Below, piece by piece: positions 19,704 through 30,018 of a stretch of 64,000 nucleotides of DNA. The notes under the pieces are model-generated. The model saw only the letters and a list, made by a program, of their open reading frames with translations. It was not told the origin of the DNA and did no database searches. How positions within the stretch are numbered: position 1 is the first letter of the stretch; each line of letters opens with the position of its first letter. The position numbers were made by a program, and so were the translations under genes. The DNA is from Ignavibacteriota bacterium (lineage in GTDB: Bacteria; Bacteroidota; Ignavibacteria; UBA10030), in contig CAVSHO010000010.1 in the NCBI GenBank assembly GCA_963727825.1, positions 64,001 to 128,000 of the forward strand. The letters run 5' to 3'.

Positions 19704-20333
19704 ATGGATGCTGATTTTATTCGTGCAGTGATCATTGCAGGTATAATTATCGGAATGATTGTTCTATTCGTATGGATGACATCGCGGGCAAAACGCGGAG
19801 TCGTTAAAGCAGTTAAGAAGGCACAGGAAGCTTTAAAACTCACACCTGTCGTCAGCACTCATCCACAGTTGGGTACCGTATGGTATGCAGCTCGAGGCCA
19901 AGTTTCCGGAGTGACAATTAGAATTTTCGGGGGGAAGTCTCGCAGAGGTAGAAACGCGGGCGTATCGGGAGGAACGCGTGCTATGGATAAAGCATTCGTG
20001 TTGATTATTGCGTCTCTGCCCATTAATATTCCTTTTAGTTGCAACATTCAGCGAAGATCGGCACTTTCAATCCCCCGCTTTGGCACAAGTTATGCAGAAT
20101 TCGATAAATCTATTGAAGTTACAACAGATAATGAGAAGAAGGCTTTAACCCTGCTTAACAATGAACAATTGCGCAATGCGATAGTTTCATTTATGAAGTC
20201 AAACGCAATTACATTCATTACGAGTTCGGAAGTTATTATGAAAGTATCCAATGATAAACAAGTTATTCCTGCTGCCCATGAAGCAGTTAATCTTGCCAAT
20301 CTTTTAGGAAACCAAATTAACGCACTTCACTAG
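19704..20333 (+). CDS. Hypothetical single-pass membrane protein
   Basis: ATG 19704 after AAAGGA, N-terminal TM helix, soluble domain of about 180 aa. Confidence 0.65.
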   Translation: MDADFIRAVIIAGIIIGMIVLFVWMTSRAKRGVVKAVKKAQEALKLTPVVSTHPQLGTVWYAARGQVSGVTIRIFGGKSRRGRNAGVSGGTRAMDKAFVLIIASLPINIPFSCNIQRRSALSIPRFGTSYAEFDKSIEVTTDNEKKALTLLNNEQLRNAIVSFMKSNAITFITSSEVIMKVSNDKQVIPAAHEAVNLANLLGNQINALH

Positions 20334-20503
20334 AGAAAAGTTGAGGCAACGATAATTTCAGAGGTTATCGCGACTTACTGTAAGGATAGTTCGCCTGTCT
20401 GGATTGTTCCACTTGTGCCAATAGCACTTCGCGATTTTTGTTATATTCCACTAACAAATAAAATGCTTACAATTTCTGTAAGCACCATATTTTTAATAAG
20501 TTT

Positions 20504-21877
20504 TTAATGGTTCTCACCCAGCCAAAAGGTAGTATTAGTTATTATTGTACTATCAATCCAATTAGTTATTAAAAATCTTGTTGATGGATAACCTTTCGGC
20601 GTAGTGTATTGCAGATTTAAATCATAATCATAACTCTTTAGAAATCCTTCCGTTGTGCCCTGTGCTACCGCCGTTCGATTTAATTCTTGAATCCCTCCAA
20701 CAACCCTAAGCGTTCCGTCATTTCCTCGAGTTGAATAATTCTCTGCACCAAATCCTCCACTTGAGCTATACATACTTGCATCAATAGTCACATCACCAGC
20801 ATTATTATTATTTGCCACGGCGTAATTTTTGATGCCATCAGGAGAACCGCCAGATGTCTTGTTGGGATGTTGTGTGTCTGTGACTAAAATATCATTTTGA
20901 GCTACAATTCCCAACATGCTAGTAGTTATAGCTGAAGGGTTGCGGCTGCATGGCGGAGGTTCCTTATAAACAATCGACGAATCAATCATTACTATACTCC
21001 CGGTACCTATTGCACCAAGAGTTAGATTTACTTTCTCTAATACTCCCTTCACATGCAGTTCAGATCCATTAACAAGAACAACACTATTCGATGTCCATTG
21101 ACTAACATTAGCATAGGTTGTACATGCTTTTATAGTGCCAGTGGAAAATCCAGTTCCTGATGCGAGCCATCCATCCGAAGTACTTGCATTTGTTACTGTC
21201 CGCACACAAATTGATCCATCGGGACGGAATTCAACAAAAACTTTCACACCTGTATAATCTGCTCCACCTACAGCCCCATAAGCATTTAAATCATCAAATT
21301 TTCCATCCAATGGGATGTTAGTCTTTGGAACAACAGGATACTTAAAATATGGAGAGCCACCTGTAACTTTCCCATTTGTTGTAACCAGGCCATAAAATCG
21401 AGGCGTCCCGGTACAAGTTATATTATCCTGCGTGTGATAAGGACCAAAGCATGTATCTCCTGTTTGCCATTGGATACTATTTTCGCTTGAAGTGAACATA
21501 CCAAATTCAGCAAAACTCTGACCCTGCACTGTTACATTAGTTATTACTTGGCTGTAGTTGTCTGATGAAGTTGATTTTAAGTTAAAGCCACTTGTATCAC
21601 CTGATATGCTTTTTATTAAAGCTTCTGAAAGCGTTATTGTCCCTGGTATCCCAACCCCAGACGAAAATGGTGTAGTTGAAAGAGCAGTCGCTCGCGACCA
21701 ATATGAATTTGAAATAGCAATATTAATTCCGCTTTCTGCGGCAAGGCCTGCTTGTTCAATAGAATAATACGTCATATATTTATCATACGCTGACGATGTA
21801 AGTGATGACAATCTAAAACCCATCGTCATAAAAATTAAATTAAATGCCATAACCATTAGTATTGAAGTGCGTCCCAT
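20504..21877 (-). CDS. PilX-like/DUF4900-like protein with N-terminal hydrophobic helix
   Basis: 'EQAGLAAESGINIA' PilX-type N-terminal helix. C-terminal 'GFLKSYDYD...PKGYP' motif. Ser/Thr/Gly-rich. Confidence 0.6.
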   Translation of the reverse strand: MGRTSILMVMAFNLIFMTMGFRLSSLTSSAYDKYMTYYSIEQAGLAAESGINIAISNSYWSRATALSTTPFSSGVGIPGTITLSEALIKSISGDTSGFNLKSTSSDNYSQVITNVTVQGQSFAEFGMFTSSENSIQWQTGDTCFGPYHTQDNITCTGTPRFYGLVTTNGKVTGGSPYFKYPVVPKTNIPLDGKFDDLNAYGAVGGADYTGVKVFVEFRPDGSICVRTVTNASTSDGWLASGTGFSTGTIKACTTYANVSQWTSNSVVLVNGSELHVKGVLEKVNLTLGAIGTGSIVMIDSSIVYKEPPPCSRNPSAITTSMLGIVAQNDILVTDTQHPNKTSGGSPDGIKNYAVANNNNAGDVTIDASMYSSSGGFGAENYSTRGNDGTLRVVGGIQELNRTAVAQGTTEGFLKSYDYDLNLQYTTPKGYPSTRFLITNWIDSTIITNTTFWLGENH

Positions 21878-21896
21878 GATTATTCTCCTTGCTATC

Positions 21897-22517
21897 TTAT
21901 TGACTCTGAACGAGTGTAGACCTGGCTATAGACCGTATTTGGCGCCAATATATTTCGTATTGTGTAGTGTCTTGCGTATATGAAAGACTATCATTCTGTC
22001 GCAATCTATATGGACTCTCAAGCTGGATCGAGACGTCCACCGGTCCAACAAGTGAAAAGCTATCCACAGGAACAGTAGAAGGTAATGCAGTTGTAGCATC
22101 CGTAATATACCAATACTTGAACACCATCTTAGTCAAACCAAGATCCATTTTATGTTCTACACCGTTGACATTTCTGCGTAAATAGCGAAGATGTGGATTT
22201 ATTTTTGAGTTATACTCAATAGTGTCTCCAACTATCCAATCAATTGTATTTCCATTCACTATAAAACTAAATTCATTTTGTTTAGCAGTTATAAGAGGTG
22301 TGGGGGCAGTATTTGTCCGAGTGTAATATTTCCCAATATCTCTAAGATCAGTTTCGAGCATTAGAGTGAGCGTAAGCATATTAGTTTGAAGCATATAATT
22401 ATCATAATATGCACCTGTACTTTCGTTTGAAGCTGCATTTAACCGTAGTGCTACAAGTACAAGCAACCCGAAAGTTGTCATCGAGCCGATGATATCAAAC
22501 CATACTGAACTTCCCAT
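21897..22517 (-). CDS. PilW-like minor-pilin-like protein, no prepilin leader
   Basis: MGSSVWFDIIGSMTTFGLLVLVAL helix, then an 'LETDLRDIG' motif typical of PilW/GspJ-like helices. Confidence 0.55.
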   Translation of the reverse strand: MGSSVWFDIIGSMTTFGLLVLVALRLNAASNESTGAYYDNYMLQTNMLTLTLMLETDLRDIGKYYTRTNTAPTPLITAKQNEFSFIVNGNTIDWIVGDTIEYNSKINPHLRYLRRNVNGVEHKMDLGLTKMVFKYWYITDATTALPSTVPVDSFSLVGPVDVSIQLESPYRLRQNDSLSYTQDTTQYEIYWRQIRSIARSTLVQSQ

Positions 22518-22528
22518 AAGTATTCTTC

Positions 22529-23164
22529 TTAATAAAAACTTTTGATGTAAGAGAATTTAATTGTGTCTGTGCCCATGTCTTTGCTATTAATTGTACCTTG
22601 AGCGGCCGTGCGATTCACTGACCCATTAACATAAAGATCCATACGTTTGAGCCATGTCGGTGTTGTAGTTTTAGTGGGCGTAGGTACAAGGATAGTAGGC
22701 TGAGTAACATAATATACACTTGCACTAACGTGAAACCTATCAACATTTGTAATAGAAGTATCGATACTGAATCCATTATAATCATCGAAATCGTCATACG
22801 AACTGTCTTTATTAGCGTACTCTTTGGGAGGATTTATATTATGACTGGTAGCAGTATCCGGACCCAAGTTTGCTGCTAATGTTAAGAATTTTGTGTTTGC
22901 TGAGAAATCCGATGTCGATGTAAACGTCGCTGTTCCTGGATTTAAACTAGTAGCTAAGGCGCTTGGTCTGACAACTGTACCCTCGTCAAAATCCATACTC
23001 ATTGCTTTTTGAATATAAGAAGTAGCTAAAGAAACGCAATAAATACCTACCTGTGCTTGTCGCAAAATAGTGCCTTGTTGGAGAGAGGTTCTATTTGTTG
23101 TAAGAATAGTTGTTCCCAAAAGAACCACAGCTAAAATTGACAACATCATCTGTCCGGTATTCAT
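22529..23164 (-). CDS. PilV/MshD-like minor-pilin-like protein, no prepilin leader
   Basis: MNTGQMMLSILAVVLLG helix, 'FDE', 'YDDFDDYNG' and 'KRMDLYV' segments reminiscent of MshD-type pilins. Confidence 0.55.
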   Translation of the reverse strand: MNTGQMMLSILAVVLLGTTILTTNRTSLQQGTILRQAQVGIYCVSLATSYIQKAMSMDFDEGTVVRPSALATSLNPGTATFTSTSDFSANTKFLTLAANLGPDTATSHNINPPKEYANKDSSYDDFDDYNGFSIDTSITNVDRFHVSASVYYVTQPTILVPTPTKTTTPTWLKRMDLYVNGSVNRTAAQGTINSKDMGTDTIKFSYIKSFY

Positions 23165-23803
23165 ACTTTCTCCTTCACATCTACGGACGATATAATTTTA
23201 AATCTACTTGCACTCTATTTCCTGTTCCGGAAGTTATTTTCTTAAAAAGAATAAACTATAATTTGCACTTCACTTTTTAACTGATTGAGTGTACAAAAGC
23301 TCCTAATTAAAATCAAGGCATACAATCGCGATTTTATAAAATCAGCATTTTTTACCTTCGCAGCATTTTCTTAGAATAATATGTCAGTAAGTACTCACAT
23401 TTATGGTGACGAATATCACTCAGTTCATTTTGAATGCAACCATTTTTTCTATGTTAGATTGAACTATCTCCTTATTAGTATGACAAATTCTATGCCTGTT
23501 TTTCAATATTGCAATATCAATCAGAATTGTCCTATGTATTATAATCCATTCTTCCCATGTTAGGGAATAATGTAGAATTTGCTTCATTGTGCCCGGTTTT
23601 TTTTTCTGTCAGTCTATTTAGACAAGCTCTAATATTTTTTGTTATATCGAGAGTGATACAGAAAAGTCCCAATTTAGATTTGAGGTGAAAGATTTTAATA
23701 ATGAAGAAAATAATAAATAAGGAAATTCAGTCTTTCTACGTGAACCAATTTTCCTTGGACATTAGCCTCTGCACCAATTTACCTTCCCAAAAAAAGTCAG
23801 CTT

Positions 23804-24535
23804 CTAACGGTTTTCGTTTATGAGATATTTGGCTGCTACTGCTTCAATTGAACACTTAGAAGTTAAACCTTTATATAGTAAGCGAAGCGCTTTAATATCA
23901 GACTCCCAAACATAATCACCCGGAGCAATCAAACAAGCCCTGCCTGGCTCATGCGTTAAAGAAAGCTTGCCATCTTTAAAATAATAATACTCATCACTTA
24001 CTATGACGGGATACACCTGCATCAAAGGTGGAATATCGCTTGGCTTGAACCATAGTTTAATTTCTCGCTCTGCATCTGCAGCTGTTGCTGAAGCGTGGAT
24101 AAGATTATCCATTCTTTCACCAATCACTTTTCCTGTATTATCTTTGAGAGGTACTTTTATGCCCAGGGCACGAATACATCCTGGTTTTTTTTCGCGCGCG
24201 ACATGCGGATCTGTCGGACCAACAATATCTCTGATTTTTGCAATTGCATCCGGTCCTTGATACACAAGCGCTATCACTCTGCGCTTCCAGGGCTCATTAC
24301 GGTAATGAGCAAGTCCCATTATATAATCTATAAGCGAAGGGTAAAATATTTTTCCCTTATGTTCGGCATAATGCTCGGAAGCAAGCATTTTACTTACTTG
24401 CACAATTTTCGTTGCAGAGAAATGCAACCCTGTGAGAAATTCTGAAAGCTGAGTAATTACATAACCCGTCAAAGAATTCTTTAATGCGTCAGGTTTAATA
24501 AGCACAAGTGTTTGTTCAGACGCTTCTTTATTCAT
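23804..24535 (-). CDS. ndk: Nucleoside-diphosphate kinase with C-terminal extension
   Basis: EQTLVLIKPDA, HYAEHKGK, GPTDP, PGCIR, NLIHAS (catalytic His), AEREIKLWF. Confidence 0.85.
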   Translation of the reverse strand: MNKEASEQTLVLIKPDALKNSLTGYVITQLSEFLTGLHFSATKIVQVSKMLASEHYAEHKGKIFYPSLIDYIMGLAHYRNEPWKRRVIALVYQGPDAIAKIRDIVGPTDPHVAREKKPGCIRALGIKVPLKDNTGKVIGERMDNLIHASATAADAEREIKLWFKPSDIPPLMQVYPVIVSDEYYYFKDGKLSLTHEPGRACLIAPGDYVWESDIKALRLLYKGLTSKCSIEAVAAKYLINENR

Positions 24536-24594
24536 AATAGAAATACCTCTCTTTCAAAAAACATATATTCTTAATAATTTAACTTTTTTTAATA

Positions 24595-25602
24595 TCACTT
24601 TTTATTTTTTGTCAACTTACGTTTGACAATCTTTATAATATTCTTTCCCTTTGCCATTTGCTTTTTCCCTTTTACACTTCTCCTTTTAACTTTAACTGCG
24701 CGAACTCTCTTCAATACCCTCTCCATCGCTTCGCCAATTACAGCTGGACTTTCAACAACAATAATGCCTGCCTTGCTCATTGCTTGCATTTTTTCTTCGG
24801 CTGTTCCTTTTCCTCCAGAAATTATGGCACCGGCATGTCCCATCCGTCGTCCTGGAGGTGCAGTTTGTCCGGCAATAAATCCAACGACCGGTTTCTTTAC
24901 ATGCTTTTTGATATATTCCGCTGCCTCTTCTTCTGCAGTTCCGCCTATCTCGCCGATCATTACAATTGCATCGGTTTTTTTATCTTCGTTGAAAAGTTTA
25001 ATAATATCAATAAATCGCGAGCCAATGATCGGATCACCGCCAATACCAACACACGTTGATTGTCCAATACCATGTTGAGTGAGCTGTGAGACAGCTTCGT
25101 ACGTTAATGTTCCACTCCTCGAAACCACTCCAACATGTCCTGTTTTATGGATAAAGCCCGGCATAATTCCAACTTTCACTGCTCCCGGAGTAATCACACC
25201 CGGACAATTTGGCCCGATAAGTCGTACACACTTTTTAGTAACGTATTCGTAGACCTTCACCATATCACTTGTTGGAATGCCCTCCGTAATCGCAACTACA
25301 AGTGCTACTCCGGCGTCAGCTGATTCCATTATTGCATCGGCTGCAAAAGCAGCAGGAACAAAAATGATAGAGACATTTGCTCTTTTATTTTGTACCGCTT
25401 CTTTTACGGTATTGAATACAAAAACCGGACGCGGCAACGGATCTTTTTCATTTCCTAGGTAACTTGTGCCGCCTTTTCCCGGAGTCACTCCAGCAACGAC
25501 ATTTGTTCCATATTCCATCATTTGCTTTGTATGAAATGTTCCTTCGCTGCCTGTGATGCCCTGCACAACGAGGCGAGTATTCTTATCAACAAGTATACTC
25601 AT
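24595..25602 (-). CDS. sucD: Succinyl-CoA synthetase alpha subunit
   Basis: [36 protein letters not shown]. Confidence 0.97.
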   Translation of the reverse strand: MSILVDKNTRLVVQGITGSEGTFHTKQMMEYGTNVVAGVTPGKGGTSYLGNEKDPLPRPVFVFNTVKEAVQNKRANVSIIFVPAAFAADAIMESADAGVALVVAITEGIPTSDMVKVYEYVTKKCVRLIGPNCPGVITPGAVKVGIMPGFIHKTGHVGVVSRSGTLTYEAVSQLTQHGIGQSTCVGIGGDPIIGSRFIDIIKLFNEDKKTDAIVMIGEIGGTAEEEAAEYIKKHVKKPVVGFIAGQTAPPGRRMGHAGAIISGGKGTAEEKMQAMSKAGIIVVESPAVIGEAMERVLKRVRAVKVKRRSVKGKKQMAKGKNIIKIVKRKLTKNKK

Positions 25603-25633
25603 ATGATTGATATTCTATTCTGTGACAAGTTTT

Positions 25634-27049
25634 TTAGTTAGCTGTTTCTATAAAATCTGAAACTCTTAAGATTATCGGTTCGCCAAACTGCGGTCCAAGA
25701 ATTTGCATTCCAATCGGCAATCCTTGATGATCTTCTCCGCATGGAATATTAATACCTGGAATGCCTGCAAGATTTACCGAGGTCGTATAAATATCTGAAA
25801 GGTACATTTGCAAAGGATCATCCATCTTATCGCCAGCTTTAAAAGATGTGCTGGGTGAAGTTGGCGCGATCAAACAATCAACACGTGAGAATGCTTTATC
25901 GAAATCTTCTTTGATAAGTCGCCGAACTTGCTGGGCTTTCCGGTAATATGCGTCATAATATCCTGCAGAAAGGACATACGTGCCAAGCATAATACGGCGC
26001 TTTACCTCCGCACCAAATCCTTCACTTCGTGACTTGATATACATTTGAGAAAGATCTGCATCATCTTCTGTTCTGAAACCATATCGAGCGCCATCATATC
26101 TGGCAAGATTAGACGATGCTTCAGCGGTAGCAAGAATATAGTAAGTAGCAATCGTGTATTCAGTATGCGGCAAGCTTATTTCTTCAATCGTTGCACTATT
26201 TGCACGTAAAATGCCGATCTTTTTTTCTATTGCCTGACGTATTTCTGAATCCAACGCATCTCCAAAATATTCTTTTGGAATTCCAATGCGAATACCTTTT
26301 ACATCCTTTGTCAACTGCGAGATATAATTCGGGACAGGCACTTTTGCCGAAGTTGAATCATTCGGATCGTGACCTGCAATTACTTGAAGGACATTAGCCG
26401 CATCTCTTGTTGTCAGCGCAAGAGGACCAATTGAATCGAAAGACGAAGCAAAGGCTACAAGTCCACAACGAGACACACGTCCATACGTCGGTTTCAAACC
26501 GACAACACCGCAAAATGCTGCCGGTTGACGAATAGAACCGCCAGTATCAGATCCCAAAGATGTTGTTGACATGCCTGCACGTACCGCAACAGCAGAGCCC
26601 CCGCTTGATCCGCCAGGAACTCGATCTTCGTCTTGTGGAAGTTTCACACGCCCGTATGCCGAGTTCTCTGTGGAAGAACCCATCGCAAACTCATCCATAT
26701 TATTTTTACCGATGATGACGGCATTTGCGTTACGCAAACGTTGAACAACAGTAGCATCATATAACGAGAAAAAGTTCTCAAGAATTTTTGATCCGCATGT
26801 CACACGCTCATCTTTTACACAAATAAGATCCTTTATAGACACTACCATTCCTGCCAATGGACCTGCATTTCCATCTTGTAGTTTTTTATCTATTGACTTA
26901 GCTTGTTCCATAGCTTTATCTGGAAATACAGCAAGGAGTGCATTCAAGTGCTTCTTCTCATCAATTACTCGAAGGTATTCCTCTGTGATCTTCTCACAGG
27001 TTGTTGTTCCTTCTGCAATTTCTCTTTTTAGAACATCAAATGATTTCAC
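25634..27049 (-). CDS. gatA: Asp/Glu-tRNA amidotransferase subunit A
   Basis: MDEFAMGSS, PGGSSGGSA, GSDTGGSIRQPA, SSNLARYDG, RRIMLGT. Confidence 0.97.
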   Translation of the reverse strand: MKSFDVLKREIAEGTTTCEKITEEYLRVIDEKKHLNALLAVFPDKAMEQAKSIDKKLQDGNAGPLAGMVVSIKDLICVKDERVTCGSKILENFFSLYDATVVQRLRNANAVIIGKNNMDEFAMGSSTENSAYGRVKLPQDEDRVPGGSSGGSAVAVRAGMSTTSLGSDTGGSIRQPAAFCGVVGLKPTYGRVSRCGLVAFASSFDSIGPLALTTRDAANVLQVIAGHDPNDSTSAKVPVPNYISQLTKDVKGIRIGIPKEYFGDALDSEIRQAIEKKIGILRANSATIEEISLPHTEYTIATYYILATAEASSNLARYDGARYGFRTEDDADLSQMYIKSRSEGFGAEVKRRIMLGTYVLSAGYYDAYYRKAQQVRRLIKEDFDKAFSRVDCLIAPTSPSTSFKAGDKMDDPLQMYLSDIYTTSVNLAGIPGINIPCGEDHQGLPIGMQILGPQFGEPIILRVSDFIETAN

Positions 27050-27105
27050 GGATCTCGCTATGCGAATTGTTGTATGTGTGCGGATTTAAGAAATCTGTAT
27101 CCAGG

Positions 27106-27303
27106 CTATAGTTTAGTATCATTCTTTTTATCGGGCTTATTTGCCTCTTCTTCAATTTCTGCCTGTACATCACGCGCTGCTTTACGAAATTCGCGTATTC
27201 CTTCGCCAAGCCCTTTTGCTATTTCAGGGATCTTCTTTGCGCCAAAGAATACAAACACGACAAGCAAAATTAATATAATTTCTGGACCACCTATATTACC
27301 CAT
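27106..27303 (-). CDS. tatA: Twin-arginine translocase TatA/E (copy 2)
   Basis: GGPEIILI...FGAKKIPEIAKGLGEGIREFRKA. Confidence 0.92.
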   Translation of the reverse strand: MGNIGGPEIILILLVVFVFFGAKKIPEIAKGLGEGIREFRKAARDVQAEIEEEANKPDKKNDTKL

Positions 27304-27354
27304 AGTATTTATTCCTTATCTATTAAAATAGAAATATTTATTTTCAGTCAACAA

Positions 27355-27561
27355 TTAACCTTGCGGTTTTGTTTCATCCTTCTCATCAAGTTTTTTAACT
27401 TCCTTATCGACTTCTTCTTGAACATCCTTTGCGGCTTTACGAAATTCACGAATTCCTTGTCCTAATCCTTTAGCTAATTCCGGCAATTTTTTTGCACCGA
27501 AGAAGATTAAAATGACAAGAAGAATAAGGAATAATTCACTTCCACCAATATTTCCAAACAT
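27355..27561 (-). CDS. tatA: Twin-arginine translocase TatA/E (copy 1)
   Basis: GGSELFLI...FGAKKLPELAKGLGQGIREFRKA. Confidence 0.92.
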   Translation of the reverse strand: MFGNIGGSELFLILLVILIFFGAKKLPELAKGLGQGIREFRKAAKDVQEEVDKEVKKLDEKDETKPQG

Positions 27562-27572
27562 GGCATAACTCC

Positions 27573-28283
27573 TTAAACTTGTTGATAAATAAAATTATGG
27601 ACTATTGATTCAAATATTTTTCTGCCATCCGTATGCTTCAGGACAGGATCTGAAGCTCGTTCAGGATGGGGCATCATACCTAAAACATTACCGGTCTCAT
27701 TGATAATACCTGCAATGTTATTCAATGAACCATTTGGATTTGCTTCATCAGTAATATTCCCCAACCGATCACAGTAGCGAAATACTACCTGTTGATTATC
27801 TTCTATTCGTTTTAATGTTTCGGGATCAGCGAAGTAATTACCATCGCCATGTGCAATCGGAATTTCGAGCACTTCACCCGATGTGCATTTATTTGTGAAC
27901 TTTGTATTTGCGTTCTCAACCCGGAGATGCAGATATTTACATATAAAAAGTAAGGATTTATTCCTCAATAAAACCCCCGGCAACAATCCGGCTTCTGTCA
28001 ATACTTGAAAACCATTACAGATGCCGATCACCAATCCGCCAGTGTTTGCAAACCTGACAACATCTTTCATCACCGGAGAAAAGCGCGCAATTGCACCGCA
28101 TCTAAGATAGTCGCCATATGAAAATCCACCGGGAAGAATGACAACGTCCACATCTCCAATTGACGCTTCTTTGTGCCAGATTAGGCGTGCATTCTGCCCC
28201 ATAATTGTCTCTGCCACATAATGCGAATCATGGTCACAGTTTGATCCGGGGAAAACAACTATTCCAATTTTTACTTTAGCCAT
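27573..28283 (-). CDS. purQ: FGAM synthase glutaminase subunit PurQ
   Basis: [33 protein letters not shown]. Confidence 0.97.
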   Translation of the reverse strand: MAKVKIGIVVFPGSNCDHDSHYVAETIMGQNARLIWHKEASIGDVDVVILPGGFSYGDYLRCGAIARFSPVMKDVVRFANTGGLVIGICNGFQVLTEAGLLPGVLLRNKSLLFICKYLHLRVENANTKFTNKCTSGEVLEIPIAHGDGNYFADPETLKRIEDNQQVVFRYCDRLGNITDEANPNGSLNNIAGIINETGNVLGMMPHPERASDPVLKHTDGRKIFESIVHNFIYQQV

Positions 28284-28296
28284 GTTGTTTTTCCGC

Positions 28297-28551
28297 TTAC
28301 TCTTTTATCGGTTCTATTGTGAAAGAAAAACTTTCCATAATAAGATTTGCAAGGAGCTTTTCGGAAATTTGCTTTGCCATACGCTCTGCTTCATCAGGCA
28401 AATCTGTATCAATATCCATCTCAATGTACTTGCCAATCCGTACATTGCCGACTGACTCAAAGCCAAGTGAATGAATGCCTTGCTCCACTGCTTTCCCCTG
28501 TGGATCAAGAATAGATTTCTTCAATGTCACAAATACTTTTGAATGGAACAC
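28297..28551 (-). CDS. purS: FGAM synthase subunit PurS
   Basis: [26 protein letters not shown]. Confidence 0.95.
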   Translation of the reverse strand: MFHSKVFVTLKKSILDPQGKAVEQGIHSLGFESVGNVRIGKYIEMDIDTDLPDEAERMAKQISEKLLANLIMESFSFTIEPIKE

Positions 28552-28581
28552 GTTTATCTCCTATATGTCAATACTTATAGT

Positions 28582-29337
28582 TTACTCTGCCTTTACAGGT
28601 ACATTATCTGTTTTAATAAATATTTTTTTTATCCAAACGGCTGCCGCCCTAAATAAACCGAAAACAACGTAAAGCATTAGTATCTGAAAAAGATAGTTTT
28701 TGTCTAACAATAATTTAGAGAATGCTAAAACGAGTAAGGCAATAAAAATGATAATAATTTTATATGGATGTGATTTCAACTGAACCTTTGAGAGTTTCGG
28801 CATTGTGTCATACTTCACATGACTTACCATTAAGAGAGAGAGAACAACGACAAGTACTTTAAGCTCGATGCCTGCTAAACTGTCTCCACTTATTTTATCA
28901 TAGCCAAATTGAAGAATGAATGCGCAAATGGTTATCGCTTGCATTGGAATCGGCAGTCCATTGAAATATTCTTTATCGAAACCGATAAGTTGTATATTGA
29001 ACCGTGCTAATCGAATTGCGCCGAGCACAACAGGCAGGGCTGCAATAAGAATTCCCCATGGTTCTATAGTAGAGAGATACGCTTGATAGACCATGAACGA
29101 AGGCGCAACGCCAAAAGAAACAACATCTGCAAGAGAATCAAGTTCGACTCCAAATTGGCTCGATGAATGAGTCATTCTCGCCATAATGCCATCTAGTGAA
29201 TCGAAAACGGCAGCAAGGATTATCACCCAAGCCGCAATAATAAACTGCCCTTGACTTGTATATATAATCGAGAGAAAGCCGCAAAAGATATTAAGCGCTG
29301 TAAAGAGACCTGGGACAAACGCCCGAGTAATTTTCAT
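28582..29337 (-). CDS. pssA: CDP-diacylglycerol--serine O-phosphatidyltransferase
   Basis: DSLDGIMAR...FGVELDSLADVVSFGVAP, RLARFN. Adjacent to psd. Confidence 0.93.
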   Translation of the reverse strand: MKITRAFVPGLFTALNIFCGFLSIIYTSQGQFIIAAWVIILAAVFDSLDGIMARMTHSSSQFGVELDSLADVVSFGVAPSFMVYQAYLSTIEPWGILIAALPVVLGAIRLARFNIQLIGFDKEYFNGLPIPMQAITICAFILQFGYDKISGDSLAGIELKVLVVVLSLLMVSHVKYDTMPKLSKVQLKSHPYKIIIIFIALLVLAFSKLLLDKNYLFQILMLYVVFGLFRAAAVWIKKIFIKTDNVPVKAE

Positions 29338-30011
29338 TTAGATTTTTTCTCCAATTCATTCTGAGTGAATTCACCCAAGATTGTCTCGCCAGCAATTGTG
29401 ATATCATCAATATGTGTTTTTAATTCAACGGAAAGCGGTAAAAACACATCAACGCGGGAACCGAATTTAATCATACCGAACCGTTCTCCTGCAATGACTG
29501 TATCACCCGATTTCAGCGGGCACACAATTCGTCTTGCCACGAAACCGGCAATCTGTTTAAACATCACTTTCCTATTTGTATTTTCAAGTCCCACAATCAT
29601 TTGTTCATTTTTTTCTGACGCTTTATCTTCAAACGCAGCGAAGTATTCCCCTTTTACATATCTCGTGTGCTTCACCACTCCTGAAATCGGAACACGATTG
29701 ACGTGAACGTTGAACGGTGACATAAAAATGCTGATTTGCCAAACATCCGAATGAAAGAATTCGTTATCAAGTATTCTCTTGACAATAACGACTTTCCCAT
29801 CAGCCGGTGCTATGATAAGATTTTCACCTTTTGGCGTTATGCGTTCGGGATCGCGAAAAAAACTTGCGGCAAACCCAAGAACAGCAAGCGAAACCACAAT
29901 GATTGAATAACGATAAGATTTCGGTTCAATAAAGAGAAGCGCCAGTAAAATAATAACAAAACAAACAGCGGCTATCGTAAAAAAGACATCATATCCATAT
30001 TTTGTTATCAT
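29334..30011 (-). CDS. psd: Phosphatidylserine decarboxylase proenzyme
   Basis: FFRDPER, APADG, IFMSPFNVHVNR, FGSRVD (autocleavage site). Confidence 0.95.
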   Translation of the reverse strand: MITKYGYDVFFTIAAVCFVIILLALLFIEPKSYRYSIIVVSLAVLGFAASFFRDPERITPKGENLIIAPADGKVVIVKRILDNEFFHSDVWQISIFMSPFNVHVNRVPISGVVKHTRYVKGEYFAAFEDKASEKNEQMIVGLENTNRKVMFKQIAGFVARRIVCPLKSGDTVIAGERFGMIKFGSRVDVFLPLSVELKTHIDDITIAGETILGEFTQNELEKKSK

Positions 30012-30018
30012 AAGATTC

